Shown here: one piece after another, positions 16,388 through 25,574 of the stretch
Position numbering within the stretch: position 1 is the stretch's first letter
Layout of the letters: every line of letters starts with the position of its first letter
Source: an uncultured bacterium
GTDB lineage: Bacteria > Joyebacterota > Joyebacteria > Joyebacterales > Joyebacteraceae
Direction of reading: 5' to 3'
DNA: 60,490 bases
Assembly (NCBI GenBank): GCA_964562405.1
Contig: CAZLTC010000009.1
Coordinates: forward strand, 1-60,490
Notes under the pieces: generated by a model
Databases searched by the model: none
Told to the model about the DNA's origin: nothing
The model's input: only the letters and a program-made list of their open reading frames with translations
Made by a program: the position numbers and the translations under genes

Positions 16388-17344
16388 CTAGCCGGCCCGC
16401 CCGCGCTCTCGCCTCAGCGCGGCCCAGAAGAGCGGGAACAGGAGTTCGTGCCGGCCCCTGAGTGCAACCCCCATGCCTGACGTCGCCGTGGGGCGCCTGA
16501 CCACGTTCACCATCGCCCGGTACGGCTCGTTCATGTCCATTGAAAGCGTCGTGAACCCACCTCTCGCGTGTCCGAGGTTCCTTGCAACGGAGAGCGCCTT
16601 CAAGAAGACCTCCGGAAGCAGCACCGCCGATCCGACGTTGATCACCGCGCCCCCGTCAAGACCGGAGGCCACCGCAGCGAGCGTTCGGAAGTCGCGGAGG
16701 CTCGTCGCTCCGATCGCGGCGCCGTCGGCCGACGCGTGCTGGTGTATGATGTCCGTCCCCACACCTACGTGCACGGTCACCGGAACGTTCAGAGCGTAGG
16801 CGCGCGCCAGTATGCTGGATGCGGCGTTCGGGCAATCACCCTCGACCAGGCGCCTGCCGAGTGCCTCCCCCAGACCCTCACCTCGCTGCGCCCCTTCGAC
16901 CGTCGCAGCGTTCATCGCGTCGGCCGTGTCGGCACACATGCCGAACGAACCGTCCTCCAGCCCGCTCCCCACGTCCTCCGACGTCACGCCCCACTTCGCG
17001 ATCTCGAAGTCGTGTATCGCGCCCGCGCCGTTCGTGGCCACGGCCGTGACGATTCCCCGCTCCACGAGGTCTATCAGGAGTCGGGACAGCCCGCACTTGA
17101 TGAGGTGGGCGCCCAGCATGAGGATGACCGTCCTCCCCTCGGCAGACGACCTCGCAATTGCTTTGACCGCGGAGCGGAAGTCGGCGCCGGAGAAGAGGTC
17201 GGGAATCGTCTCGAGCAGCCGGTCCGTCTCATCGCCGGGATCGAACGGGTCGACGAAGCTCTCTACGCTTACGGTCCCGCCCCTCTCTCCTATGGAGACG
17301 CGCTTGAGTGATGACAGGTCGATCTCGTCGAACCGTGAAGCCAT
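16388..17344 (-). CDS. Deoxyhypusine-synthase-fold (DS family-like) protein of unknown function
   Basis: AGGAGG SD 4-5 nt before ATG 17344. TVILMLGAHLIKCGLSRLLIDLVERGIVTAVATNGAGAIHDFE aligns by eye to the DHS segment ..FLGYTSNLISSG....LV.....DVLVTTAGGVEED. NVPVTVHVGVGTDIIHQ aligns to HIPVFSPALTDGSLGD. I see no equivalent of the DHS catalytic ..WGK.. lysine motif. Confidence 0.5.
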   Translation of the reverse strand: MASRFDEIDLSSLKRVSIGERGGTVSVESFVDPFDPGDETDRLLETIPDLFSGADFRSAVKAIARSSAEGRTVILMLGAHLIKCGLSRLLIDLVERGIVTAVATNGAGAIHDFEIAKWGVTSEDVGSGLEDGSFGMCADTADAMNAATVEGAQRGEGLGEALGRRLVEGDCPNAASSILARAYALNVPVTVHVGVGTDIIHQHASADGAAIGATSLRDFRTLAAVASGLDGGAVINVGSAVLLPEVFLKALSVARNLGHARGGFTTLSMDMNEPYRAMVNVVRRPTATSGMGVALRGRHELLFPLFWAALRRERGRAG

Positions 17345-17370
17345 GGTGCCTCCTACCCGCTCTGGATCGG

Positions 17371-18165
17371 CTAGCCGTCCGACAGACGCAGTTCCGACAG
17401 GACGGCCGATATCGAACCTATGGCGACCTTGCTCCTCATCTGGACCGGCACGTGCAGTTCGTCGTCAGTGAGCCAGACCGTGAGGCTGCCGGTGTGACGG
17501 AAGAGGCCGGCGACCCTCATGACCGGCTCGACCACGAGGCAATCGAACCTGCCGGCCGGGACGTTGATGCGCTCTCTTCTCAGGACCTTGATCTCGAGAG
17601 GGTAATTCTTCTTGTCCGCGTGGTTCTCTATGTAGACCGACTCGCCGACGTGCAGCTCCATCATCCTCACATAGTAGAGAGAGGTCAGGATATCCTGTGC
17701 GTCCAGCGCGAGAGGCACGAGCCGGTCATCGCCGTCGGACGGGTATATGGCCACGTGCCTGTCCTGGTCGAACACGACCTCCTCGCTGGCGCGGTATCCT
17801 CCCTCACGGAGGTGCTTCTCGAACCTGCGTGAGACCAGTTCCCGCGCGTCGAGCCGCGACTCCACGACGTCGCGCACCGGGAAGAACGCCGATATGAACC
17901 CGTTCGACTCGGCTACCGATACGATGCGGTAGCAGTCGTAGCCCCTCTCCGAGACCAGCTCCGGGATGCCGAGCACGGCCGTCCCTGCGCTCACGAACCC
18001 GTACTTGATGTCGAACGTCAGCCTCTCGCCGACGCCGAACGGGGGAACCTCGACGTTGCCGCCCGGCCCGAGCGCGAGGATACCCGCCGCCGCAACGGCG
18101 ACGGCGGCCGTGAGGATCAGGACCGCAGCCACTGCAGGGACCGCCAGCGAGAACGAACGAGTCAC
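17371..18165 (-). CDS. DUF3108 domain protein with N-terminal signal anchor
   Basis: Trimmed to GTG 18165, which forms a GTGA overlap with the gmhB stop. VTRSFSLAVPAVAAVLILTAAVAVAAAG is the signal anchor. It is followed by ERLTFDIKYGFVSAGTAVLGI...DILTSLYYVRMM...GSLTVWLTDDELHVPVQM, a typical DUF3108 pattern. Confidence 0.7.
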   Translation of the reverse strand: MTRSFSLAVPAVAAVLILTAAVAVAAAGILALGPGGNVEVPPFGVGERLTFDIKYGFVSAGTAVLGIPELVSERGYDCYRIVSVAESNGFISAFFPVRDVVESRLDARELVSRRFEKHLREGGYRASEEVVFDQDRHVAIYPSDGDDRLVPLALDAQDILTSLYYVRMMELHVGESVYIENHADKKNYPLEIKVLRRERINVPAGRFDCLVVEPVMRVAGLFRHTGSLTVWLTDDELHVPVQMRSKVAIGSISAVLSELRLSDG

Positions 18166-18758
18166 GAGCGCCCCCTCCGTCCCTCGATCCACGACATCGC
18201 CCACGTCACGGCTCCCGCGAGGTCGGGAGCATCGTGAGCCACCGGCACGCCCTCGGACGCGGCCGCGCGCAGAGTCGTTTCGCCCTTTCCCGTGCGAACG
18301 ACGACTCCGGGGATGCCTACGCGGTGAGCCAGCTCCAGGTCGGTCAGCTGATCGCCGACCATCACGCTCACCGACAGATCGATCCCCAGGTCTCGACAGG
18401 CGCGGTCGATCATGCCTGGTTCCGGTTTCCTGCACGAGGTGTCGACCGTGTACCGCCGCACCGACCCCTCCGCGTAGTTCGGGCAGTAGTACGCGCCGTC
18501 CAACCGTGCTCCGCCGGCCGCCAGGAGACGAACGAGTTCGTCATGGACGAGAGCGAGCCCCTCCTCGGTCGTGAGACCGCGCGCCACGCCGGACTGGTTG
18601 CTTATGACCACGGCGAGCACCCCCGATTCGTTCAGCGCCCGGACGGCGGCCGCCGCACCCTCGATGAGTTCCAGGTCTTCGGGGCGTCCGATGTGCCCCA
18701 GTTCTCGCGTGATCGTGCCGTCGCGGTCCAGAAAGACCGCCGGACGTTCCCCGCTCAT
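18162..18758 (-). CDS. gmhB: D-glycero-D-manno-heptose 1,7-bisphosphate phosphatase (HAD-IIIA)
   Basis: Motifs: VFLDRDGTITRE (HAD motif I), VVISNQSGVARG, CRKPEPGMI, MVGDQLTDLE. ATGA overlap with the ligase stop (18755-18758). Confidence 0.8.
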   Translation of the reverse strand: MSGERPAVFLDRDGTITRELGHIGRPEDLELIEGAAAAVRALNESGVLAVVISNQSGVARGLTTEEGLALVHDELVRLLAAGGARLDGAYYCPNYAEGSVRRYTVDTSCRKPEPGMIDRACRDLGIDLSVSVMVGDQLTDLELAHRVGIPGVVVRTGKGETTLRAAASEGVPVAHDAPDLAGAVTWAMSWIEGRRGRS

Positions 18759-19999
18759 CGATCCTCACTCCCTCGACCGTCGGCCGGTGGCACCGCGGTC
18801 TCCTTCCGGACCAGCGAGCCGCTCGCCCCGATGGCGAGGAGCGAGAAGAACAGGATCCCGGGCTCCGCGTCGATGGACACGGAGAACGCTCCGCTGACCA
18901 GTATCGCGGCCGCACCGGCTATGGTTCCGGCGAAGACGGCCCTGTCCAGGCCCCACGTGGCCGACCTCAAAGAGCGGAACATGCCTCGGATAGTTAGTAC
19001 CAGAAACAGAATGAGCGTGCCACATCCAATGACGCCCAACTCGGCGCCGGTGTTCAGCAGGATGTTGTGAGCGTTCGGCTGGTGTTCGGGTCCTCGTACG
19101 CCGTCGTCGAAATAGACGTCCAGTAGGGCGTAGCTGCCCGGGCCGTGCCCGGTCAGAGGGCGCTCCGCCCACTCGTCGACCGCCTGGCGCCACGCCTCCA
19201 CGCGCGAGTGAGCCGTCCTCGTCGCCAGCGGAGCCTCCTTGACGATCCTGGCGCCCGGATTCGCGATCGAGAGCGCCCAGACTGAGACCGCCACCGCGGC
19301 CAGGAAGACCAGCGCGTGCCTCCTGCGAAGTGAGAGACCGACGGCCGCCGCGCCGCCGGCGGCCGCGCCGGCCAGCGGCCCCCTCGAAAGCGTCATCCCG
19401 AGCGCGATGGCCGCCGAGCCGACCGCGAACGCGAAGAGAGGACCGGTCACGGGACCGCGACGCTCGGCCAGCACGACGGGGATCCCGAACGCCACGGCGG
19501 CGGCCAGATACTCCCCGGCGGCCACGGCGTTCTCTATGGAGGGCAACGCCAGACGCTTGAAGGGACCGGCCATGTGGTCGGCGTATCCAACGAGAGCCGC
19601 GAGGCACGCTCCGGCGAGGATCGCATAGGCCAGCAGCACCCTGCGTGCCGGTCTCCGGCACGAATCGAGCACGAGCAGGAAGGGGACGATCGTGATCGCC
19701 AGCGTCAGGAGCTCCGGAGGCCGTCCGAAACCGGGGTCGGCGAGCGCCATCGACAGCACGGCCGACAGGTAGAACGCCGCCAGCGCCGCCAGCAGCGGCA
19801 ACGAGTTCCGGTCGGGGCGGTATCCGAAGACCAGCTTCCCCGCGAATCCGAGCACCGCCACGGCCGCGCCGATGCTCTTGGCGGCCTCGGACGTTCCGAG
19901 TCCGACGAGGAGGACGCACAGCCCGAAGGCCTGGAGACCGTCCAGCGCCTCCACGACTCTGTCACGCGTGAGCCGTCTGGAAGCCGGGAACCCGGTCAC
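18755..19999 (-). CDS. O-antigen ligase family membrane protein (WaaL-like)
   Basis: GTG 19999 forms a GTGA overlap with the upstream stop. Polytopic membrane protein. IALGMTLSRGPLAGAAAGG matches the Wzy_C signature. Large periplasmic loop ...HSRVEAWRQAVDEWAERPLTGHGPGSY. Confidence 0.75.
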   Translation of the reverse strand: MTGFPASRRLTRDRVVEALDGLQAFGLCVLLVGLGTSEAAKSIGAAVAVLGFAGKLVFGYRPDRNSLPLLAALAAFYLSAVLSMALADPGFGRPPELLTLAITIVPFLLVLDSCRRPARRVLLAYAILAGACLAALVGYADHMAGPFKRLALPSIENAVAAGEYLAAAVAFGIPVVLAERRGPVTGPLFAFAVGSAAIALGMTLSRGPLAGAAAGGAAAVGLSLRRRHALVFLAAVAVSVWALSIANPGARIVKEAPLATRTAHSRVEAWRQAVDEWAERPLTGHGPGSYALLDVYFDDGVRGPEHQPNAHNILLNTGAELGVIGCGTLILFLVLTIRGMFRSLRSATWGLDRAVFAGTIAGAAAILVSGAFSVSIDAEPGILFFSLLAIGASGSLVRKETAVPPADGRGSEDR

Positions 20000-21177
20000 G
20001 AGGCCTCCTCCAGCACTTCGAGTGCCAGCTCCACTCTGTTCTCCCAGGTATTGGCGAAGCCGAACTCCACACGCCTCCGCACCGACTCGTCGCTCGTGTC
20101 GTCGCGGAGCGCGGTCTCTATGGCGCCAGCGAAACTCTCGGGCGAGTCAGCCGTCCGCACGAAGTCGATTCGCTCCTTCGCAGCGGGGAAGAGCGTGGCC
20201 ACGACCGGCTTGCCGCAGAGCAGATACTCGTAAAGCACGATGGGATCTGCGTTCTCGGAGAACGCGCCTGCGCGCCACGGTATCACGGCGACGTCGCACG
20301 AGCCGACATAGAACGGGAACTCCCCGTAAGGCCTCCTCCCCACCTTCAGCACGTTGCGGGGAAGAGCGGCGCCCGCCAGAGCGCGTCCGACGGGGCCGAC
20401 GAGCGCGAACGTCCAGTCAGGACGCGTCCGGGCGAGACCGAGGAACAGCTCGTGGTCGAACCACCCGTAAGCGGCACCGCCGTACATCACGAGGGGCCGA
20501 GCGGCCGACGCGAGTGCCCCGGGCGCCCCTGAGCCTGAGCCCAGCGCGCGAATGAACTCCTCGATACCGGTGTCCTCGCGCCCGGTCAACACGCGGGAGT
20601 AGTGCCTCCGGTCGGCAGCGTTCGGAAGCCGGGCGACGGTGCCGCGGGCCGATGCCCTGGCCCTCACCAGGTTCTCCGAGACGGCGAACACGACGTCCGC
20701 GAGGAGGAGCATGTCGCGCTCGAGCCGCCTCACGCTGTCCGGACGGCCTCCGAAGGCCGCGGGATCGTCGGATGCCTGATAGACCAGTAGCGTTCTGTCG
20801 AGCCGCTCCGCGCACGCGGCGTGCTCCGGACCGAATGCCCAGACGATCGGGTCGGTCAATCCCAGCGAGCGTGCCGCGGCCTGAACGCGCGGCGCCAGCC
20901 TCTCGTAGTACGAGGAGCGCGCATCGGGATCGCCCGTGCCCGTCATCCTGACGGACGACATGACGTTGAGCCCGGGCACGGCCTCCCTGAGCGTGCGCAG
21001 CATCGGCCACCGCCGCCTCCGTCCGACGACCGAGAAGACGTCGAGAGGCGGGTCGACGTAGAGCACGCGGCGCGTCTCGGCCAGAACGGACATCAGATGC
21101 TGTTTGCTCGTCGGAAGCCCCGTCCATCGGTTCGTGGAGAGGCAGATCACGTCGCGCTCGCGCACCGGTCTCGTCAA
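19996..21177 (-). CDS. GT-B glycosyltransferase (TuaH-like GT1/GT4)
   Basis: Track ORF trimmed to TTG 21177 (TTGA overlap with the upstream stop) or GTG 21165. The N-terminus DVICLSTNRWTGLPTSKQHLMSVLAETRRVLYVDPP is typical of TuaH-like enzymes. Confidence 0.7.
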   Translation of the reverse strand: MTRPVRERDVICLSTNRWTGLPTSKQHLMSVLAETRRVLYVDPPLDVFSVVGRRRRWPMLRTLREAVPGLNVMSSVRMTGTGDPDARSSYYERLAPRVQAAARSLGLTDPIVWAFGPEHAACAERLDRTLLVYQASDDPAAFGGRPDSVRRLERDMLLLADVVFAVSENLVRARASARGTVARLPNAADRRHYSRVLTGREDTGIEEFIRALGSGSGAPGALASAARPLVMYGGAAYGWFDHELFLGLARTRPDWTFALVGPVGRALAGAALPRNVLKVGRRPYGEFPFYVGSCDVAVIPWRAGAFSENADPIVLYEYLLCGKPVVATLFPAAKERIDFVRTADSPESFAGAIETALRDDTSDESVRRRVEFGFANTWENRVELALEVLEEAS

Positions 21178-22259
21178 CGCGGAGCCTCCTCTCCCCTCGC
21201 GTCGGCGGACGCGGCCCCCTCCACCCCGGCCGCTCTTCCCGCCGTCTCGGTCAGAAGGGACGAGAGCGCCTCCTCCACCTCGCTCACCGTGATCTCCTCG
21301 ATGCAGGGACGGTCGGCGCGGGCGCAGCGCTTCTGGTCGCACGGACTGCACTCATACTCGTGCCATATCACGCGCGACGGCGAGCCGCGCGGCCCGAAGA
21401 GCACAGGCGTGTTCGGACCGAAGAGCGCGACGACGGGGCACCCCGCCGCTGCCGCCACGTGCATCGGACCGCTGTCGTTCCCGACGAACGCCCTGGCGTC
21501 CGAGGCCAGGACCGCCAGCTCACGTATGCCGGTGCGCCCGGCCACGTTGACCGCGGCGCCGCACGACGCCTCGACCACCTCCGCGGCGATCGGGGCGTCG
21601 TCCGACGAACCGATCACCAGGCTGCGCAGGCCGTGTGCGTCCGCCGCGAAGGCGGCGACCTCACCGAACCTCGCCGCCGGCCAGCGTCTGTGGCTCCAGT
21701 TCCCTCCTGGCGACATCACCACGTACGGCGCCTCCGCCAGTCCCGCGTCGGCCAGCAGCCCCGCAGCCGACGCCGCGTCCGCGTCGTCGGGGTAGATAGC
21801 CGGCGACGGCGCGTCCCCTGTCACGCCCAGAGGCGCCACGGCGCTCATTAGATGGTCGACCACGTGCCCCTCGGACCTGTATGCGATCCGCCTGTCGAGC
21901 AGGAACCCGAAGCCCGCGTGGTTGAACCCGACGCGGAAGCCCGGGTCGGAGGCGTAGAGGAGCCACGACGTCCTGAGGTCTCCCGTGAGATCTACCGCCA
22001 CATCGAACCTGCGCCTGCGCAGTTCCAGCCCAAGGCGGAAGCCTCCGCGCCCCTCCTCGTCGTGCAGCAGCACCTCATCGATCCACGGGTTGCCGCGCAG
22101 CACATCGAGGGCCCTGCGCTTGACCAGCGCGGTCACGCGCGCCTCCGGAAAGCGGCGTTTCAGCGACTCGAAGACGGGCGTTGAGAGCAGCACGTCCCCA
22201 ATGAAGTAGAGGCGCATGACCAGAATGCTGCTCACGGACTCGGGATGGAAGACCCTCAC
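21174..22259 (-). CDS. Glycosyltransferase family 9 (ADP-heptose:LPS heptosyltransferase type)
   Basis: Trimmed to GTG 22259 (GTGA overlap). Motifs: SSILVMRLYFIGDVLLSTPVFESLKRRFPEARV...; FVGNDSGPMHVAAAAGCPVVALFGP; CSPC...C tail. Confidence 0.8.
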   Translation of the reverse strand: MRVFHPESVSSILVMRLYFIGDVLLSTPVFESLKRRFPEARVTALVKRRALDVLRGNPWIDEVLLHDEEGRGGFRLGLELRRRRFDVAVDLTGDLRTSWLLYASDPGFRVGFNHAGFGFLLDRRIAYRSEGHVVDHLMSAVAPLGVTGDAPSPAIYPDDADAASAAGLLADAGLAEAPYVVMSPGGNWSHRRWPAARFGEVAAFAADAHGLRSLVIGSSDDAPIAAEVVEASCGAAVNVAGRTGIRELAVLASDARAFVGNDSGPMHVAAAAGCPVVALFGPNTPVLFGPRGSPSRVIWHEYECSPCDQKRCARADRPCIEEITVSEVEEALSSLLTETAGRAAGVEGAASADARGEEAPR

Positions 22260-23431
22260 GTCGGCTCCTCCCTCCCGCCGTCCGCCACGCCCTCGCCTCG
22301 CGCGGGCGGCTCGGCCCCGGAGGGCGTCGTGCCGGCGGAGCGCCGCTCGTGCGCGGTGATGAAGCAGCGCTCCGTGTCCTCTATCATGCGCGAGAGCCCG
22401 AACCGCTCCCGGACTCTCTTTCCGGCTGCGGTCGCGACCGACGCGGCCGTGACCGGATCGCTGAGAGCGCGAAGCAGCGCGGCGGCCGCCTCCCCCGGCT
22501 CCCCCGGAGCCACGAGCCACCCGCTACGACCGTCCTCGATCATATCAGGGATGCCGGCCACGGAGGTCGCCACGACGGGAGTCCCCGCCACCATGGCCTC
22601 GAGAACTGAATGGGGAGAGCCTTCCCGATAGCTGGCCACGAGCAGGACGTCCGCCGCGTCCAGCACCGCCGGCACGTCCCGTCGGAACCCGGTGAAGACC
22701 GCGCTCCCGGCGGGGAACCTCTCCGAGGCCATCTCCTCCAGCGTTCGTCGGAGCTTGCCCTCGCCCACGATGACGAGCCGCGCCGCGGGAATGCCGCGGA
22801 GGACCGACGCGAACGCCTCTATGGCATCGGCGTGCCCCTTATCCGGCACGAGCCTCGCCACGATGGCGATGAGCGGCGCGTCGGGACCGATGCCGAGTTC
22901 GCTCCTCACCGCCTCGCCGCCGCCGGGCGGAACGCGTGTGGGATCGATGCCGTTCGGCACCACCGCGATGCGATCACGGGAGACCAGACCGGACGCGGTC
23001 ATCTCGTCAGCTATCTCACGGCAGTTGGCGATGAGCATCGAGACGCGCCGACCGTAGATCCACCTGTTGAGCGAGGTCGGCCGTACCGCGAAGTTGAGGC
23101 CTCTCCTCTCCACGACGGCCGTCCCTCCTGCCAGGAGCGTCGCCGCGCAGCCTATGCGGACGGCCCTCTGGATGTTGACGCAGAGCACGTGCGGACGCGT
23201 CGTCCTGACGAGCCCCGCGAGCCTGAGAACCGACTCGGGATCGAAGTCGCTCCGCATGGGAAGGGTGGTGACCGCGTGCCCCTCCGCGGCGGCCCGAGCG
23301 GACAGCGCGCTTCCCGCCCGGGTCACCACCGCGATGTCGTGACCGCGGTCGCGCATGCCCGCGGCTGTCTCGAGCAGCCAGGTCTCTCCGCCACCCATCG
23401 CGCGCATCGAGTTTGCGAAGACGATCCTCAC
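22256..23431 (-). CDS. Glycosyltransferase family 4
   Basis: Trimmed to GTG 23431 (GTGA overlap). Motifs: VRIVFANSMRAMGGGETWLLETAAG...; SYREGSPHSVLEAMVAGTPVVATSVAGIPD. Confidence 0.85.
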   Translation of the reverse strand: MRIVFANSMRAMGGGETWLLETAAGMRDRGHDIAVVTRAGSALSARAAAEGHAVTTLPMRSDFDPESVLRLAGLVRTTRPHVLCVNIQRAVRIGCAATLLAGGTAVVERRGLNFAVRPTSLNRWIYGRRVSMLIANCREIADEMTASGLVSRDRIAVVPNGIDPTRVPPGGGEAVRSELGIGPDAPLIAIVARLVPDKGHADAIEAFASVLRGIPAARLVIVGEGKLRRTLEEMASERFPAGSAVFTGFRRDVPAVLDAADVLLVASYREGSPHSVLEAMVAGTPVVATSVAGIPDMIEDGRSGWLVAPGEPGEAAAALLRALSDPVTAASVATAAGKRVRERFGLSRMIEDTERCFITAHERRSAGTTPSGAEPPARGEGVADGGREEPT

Positions 23432-24543
23432 CGCTCCCCCCTGCCGGAGGCTACCGCAACCGCTATCCCCGCGGCGAACGCCTTCATCGACAGCTCGTCC
23501 TCCGCGAACGCGCGGGCACGCGCGCCGGCCGCGGCGGCGAAGTCGGGCTCCTCGAGCATTCTCACGATCCCCGCGGCAAGGCCCGGAGCGTCGCCCGGCT
23601 CCACGAGCAGTCCCGAGCGCCCGTCCTCGACCAGCTCCGGTATGACGCCGACCCTCGTTGCTACGATCGGCCGTCCGGCGGCCATGTACTCGCTCACGGC
23701 GCGCGAGTTCTCCTCGCTGCCCACGGAGGAGCATACGCAGACCGAGGCCTCCGCCAGAAGGGCCGGGACGTCGTCGCGCCTGCCGGCCACGACGACCGCC
23801 CTCCGAACGCCGAGGTCCAGAGCGCGGCGAATGAGTCCCTCGGGCTCGCCCGACCACGCCTCGCCCACCAACACCAGGACGACGTCCGGCCTTCGCCGCA
23901 GGACGTCCGGCATCGCGTCGACGAGCGTGTGCTGCCCCTTGACCGGAGCCAGTCTGGCGACGTTCACGATGAGCGGCGCGCTTTCAGGAACACCGAGTTC
24001 CCCGCGCAGCCCCGTGGCGCGGGCTCCCCTCCCGAACCTGGTCAGGTCGACCGGTGCCAGTATCCTGTGGACCCGCCGGCGAGGCACCCCGAGCCCGTCG
24101 GCGACCCACCGCAGGACCCGGTCCGACGATACCACCACCGACGAGGTCATCCTGTTATAGAGGAACCGGTTCAAGGCCGTCCGCTTCGGCGGCCGCGCAC
24201 CTCCGCGGAGATGCACGAGCGGTGCGCGTCTCCCCGTGGCGAGCGCCGAGAGCAGGTGCGCCACTGAACCCGACGAGTGGACGACATCGAATCGCCGCTC
24301 GGAGATCAACTCCGCCAGGAACCGCGCGTCGGCGAGGAAGTCGGCCGGCGAGCGGCCCGGCCAGGCGCCCGGCAGTCCCTCGAACACCACGCCCCGGTCT
24401 AGGCGTGACGAGGCCGCACTGCCCGCGGGTGCGGCGAGCGTCACGTCCCAGTCCATGACGGACTCGGCCGCGGCGACGGAGACGGCGTATTCCGTCTCGG
24501 CCGTCCAGATGCTCGAGTCCGTCACGACGAGCGACTTCGTCAC
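23428..24543 (-). CDS. Glycosyltransferase family 4
   Basis: Trimmed to GTG 24543 (GTGA overlap). Motifs: VTKSLVVTDSSIW...; SVGSEENSRAVSEYMAAGRPIVATRVGVIPE. Confidence 0.8.
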   Translation of the reverse strand: MTKSLVVTDSSIWTAETEYAVSVAAAESVMDWDVTLAAPAGSAASSRLDRGVVFEGLPGAWPGRSPADFLADARFLAELISERRFDVVHSSGSVAHLLSALATGRRAPLVHLRGGARPPKRTALNRFLYNRMTSSVVVSSDRVLRWVADGLGVPRRRVHRILAPVDLTRFGRGARATGLRGELGVPESAPLIVNVARLAPVKGQHTLVDAMPDVLRRRPDVVLVLVGEAWSGEPEGLIRRALDLGVRRAVVVAGRRDDVPALLAEASVCVCSSVGSEENSRAVSEYMAAGRPIVATRVGVIPELVEDGRSGLLVEPGDAPGLAAGIVRMLEEPDFAAAAGARARAFAEDELSMKAFAAGIAVAVASGRGER

Positions 24544-25574
24544 ACGTCCCCCTCTCCCGACACCTCGCGCGCGGCCGCTACGACATCCTCCACGCGAACG
24601 CGCCCCATGCACTCGTTGGTCCCGAACCGGCACCTCTCCGAGCCGTGCCGGCCGCAGGGCCTGCAGTCGAGCGGGACCTGGACGACACGGGCGCGGACCG
24701 CGTAGGGCGCGAAGCCCAGCGCGGGAACCGTGGGGCCGAAGACAGCGACGACGGGCGTGCCGGTACCTGCCGCCACGTGCGCCGCCGCGGAGTCGTTGGA
24801 CAGCACGAGCGCGGCCCGACCGAGGAGTGCTATCCACCCGGCCATCGACAGCTCGCCGGTGAGGTCCAGCGCGCCCGCTCCAGCCGCCGACGTGGTCGCC
24901 GCCCCCGTCTCACGCTCTGTCAGCGTGCCCGCCACCACCGGCCTCATGCCCAGTTCGACGCCGAGTTCAGCCAGCGCGGCTCCGAAACGCTCCGCAGGCC
25001 ACCTCTTTGTCGGCCACCTGCTTCCGGGTGAGGCGACGACGAGACGCTCATCATCACCGACCCCGTCGCCTCGGAGCCGGTCCGACAGTTCGGCGATCCC
25101 CGACGCGGGGACGTCCACGTGAAACTCCGGACCGCCCTCGGGCACGGACGCCCCGCAAGCGGCCGCCAGCCCGGCGAGCCTCTCGACCTCGTGGCCGCGC
25201 GAGCGGTACGCTACGCGCTCCGTCAGGAACGCGCGCCCTCCGCTTTCGTCAAAACCGACCCTGTCCGGAATGAGGGCGAGGAGCGGCATCAGCGCGCTCC
25301 TGAACGATCTGTGCGGAATGACGGCCAGAGCGAACCCGCATCTCCGAAGGTCACCGACCGTTCGCATGAACCCGCGCAAGCCCGCGTCGATGCCTCTCTT
25401 GTCGTAGACGATGATCCGGTCGACCGCATCCTGGGTGCGGACGAACTCGGCTCCGATCGGGGTCGTGAGCAGAGCGAGGCTGCGAACGTCGGGCAGGGCG
25501 CGGAGTGCGCGCAGAAGGGGCAGCGTCAGCACGACATCACCGAGGTATGCGGTCTGTATGACGAGGCACTTCAC
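24540..25574 (-). CDS. Glycosyltransferase family 9 (heptosyltransferase type)
   Basis: Trimmed to GTG 25574 (GTGA overlap). Motifs: VKCLVIQTAYLGDVVLTLPLLRALR...; VLSNDSAAAHVAAGTGTPVVAVFGPT; CRPCGRHG..C. Confidence 0.8.
   Translation of the reverse strand: MKCLVIQTAYLGDVVLTLPLLRALRALPDVRSLALLTTPIGAEFVRTQDAVDRIIVYDKRGIDAGLRGFMRTVGDLRRCGFALAVIPHRSFRSALMPLLALIPDRVGFDESGGRAFLTERVAYRSRGHEVERLAGLAAACGASVPEGGPEFHVDVPASGIAELSDRLRGDGVGDDERLVVASPGSRWPTKRWPAERFGAALAELGVELGMRPVVAGTLTERETGAATTSAAGAGALDLTGELSMAGWIALLGRAALVLSNDSAAAHVAAGTGTPVVAVFGPTVPALGFAPYAVRARVVQVPLDCRPCGRHGSERCRFGTNECMGRVRVEDVVAAAREVSGEGDV

Noticed and set aside
18765-19919. 384-aa same-strand, alternative-frame ORF inside the O-antigen ligase gene
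   Set aside because: It is extremely Arg/Gly-rich. The ligase frame gives a coherent polytopic membrane protein with the Wzy_C signature.
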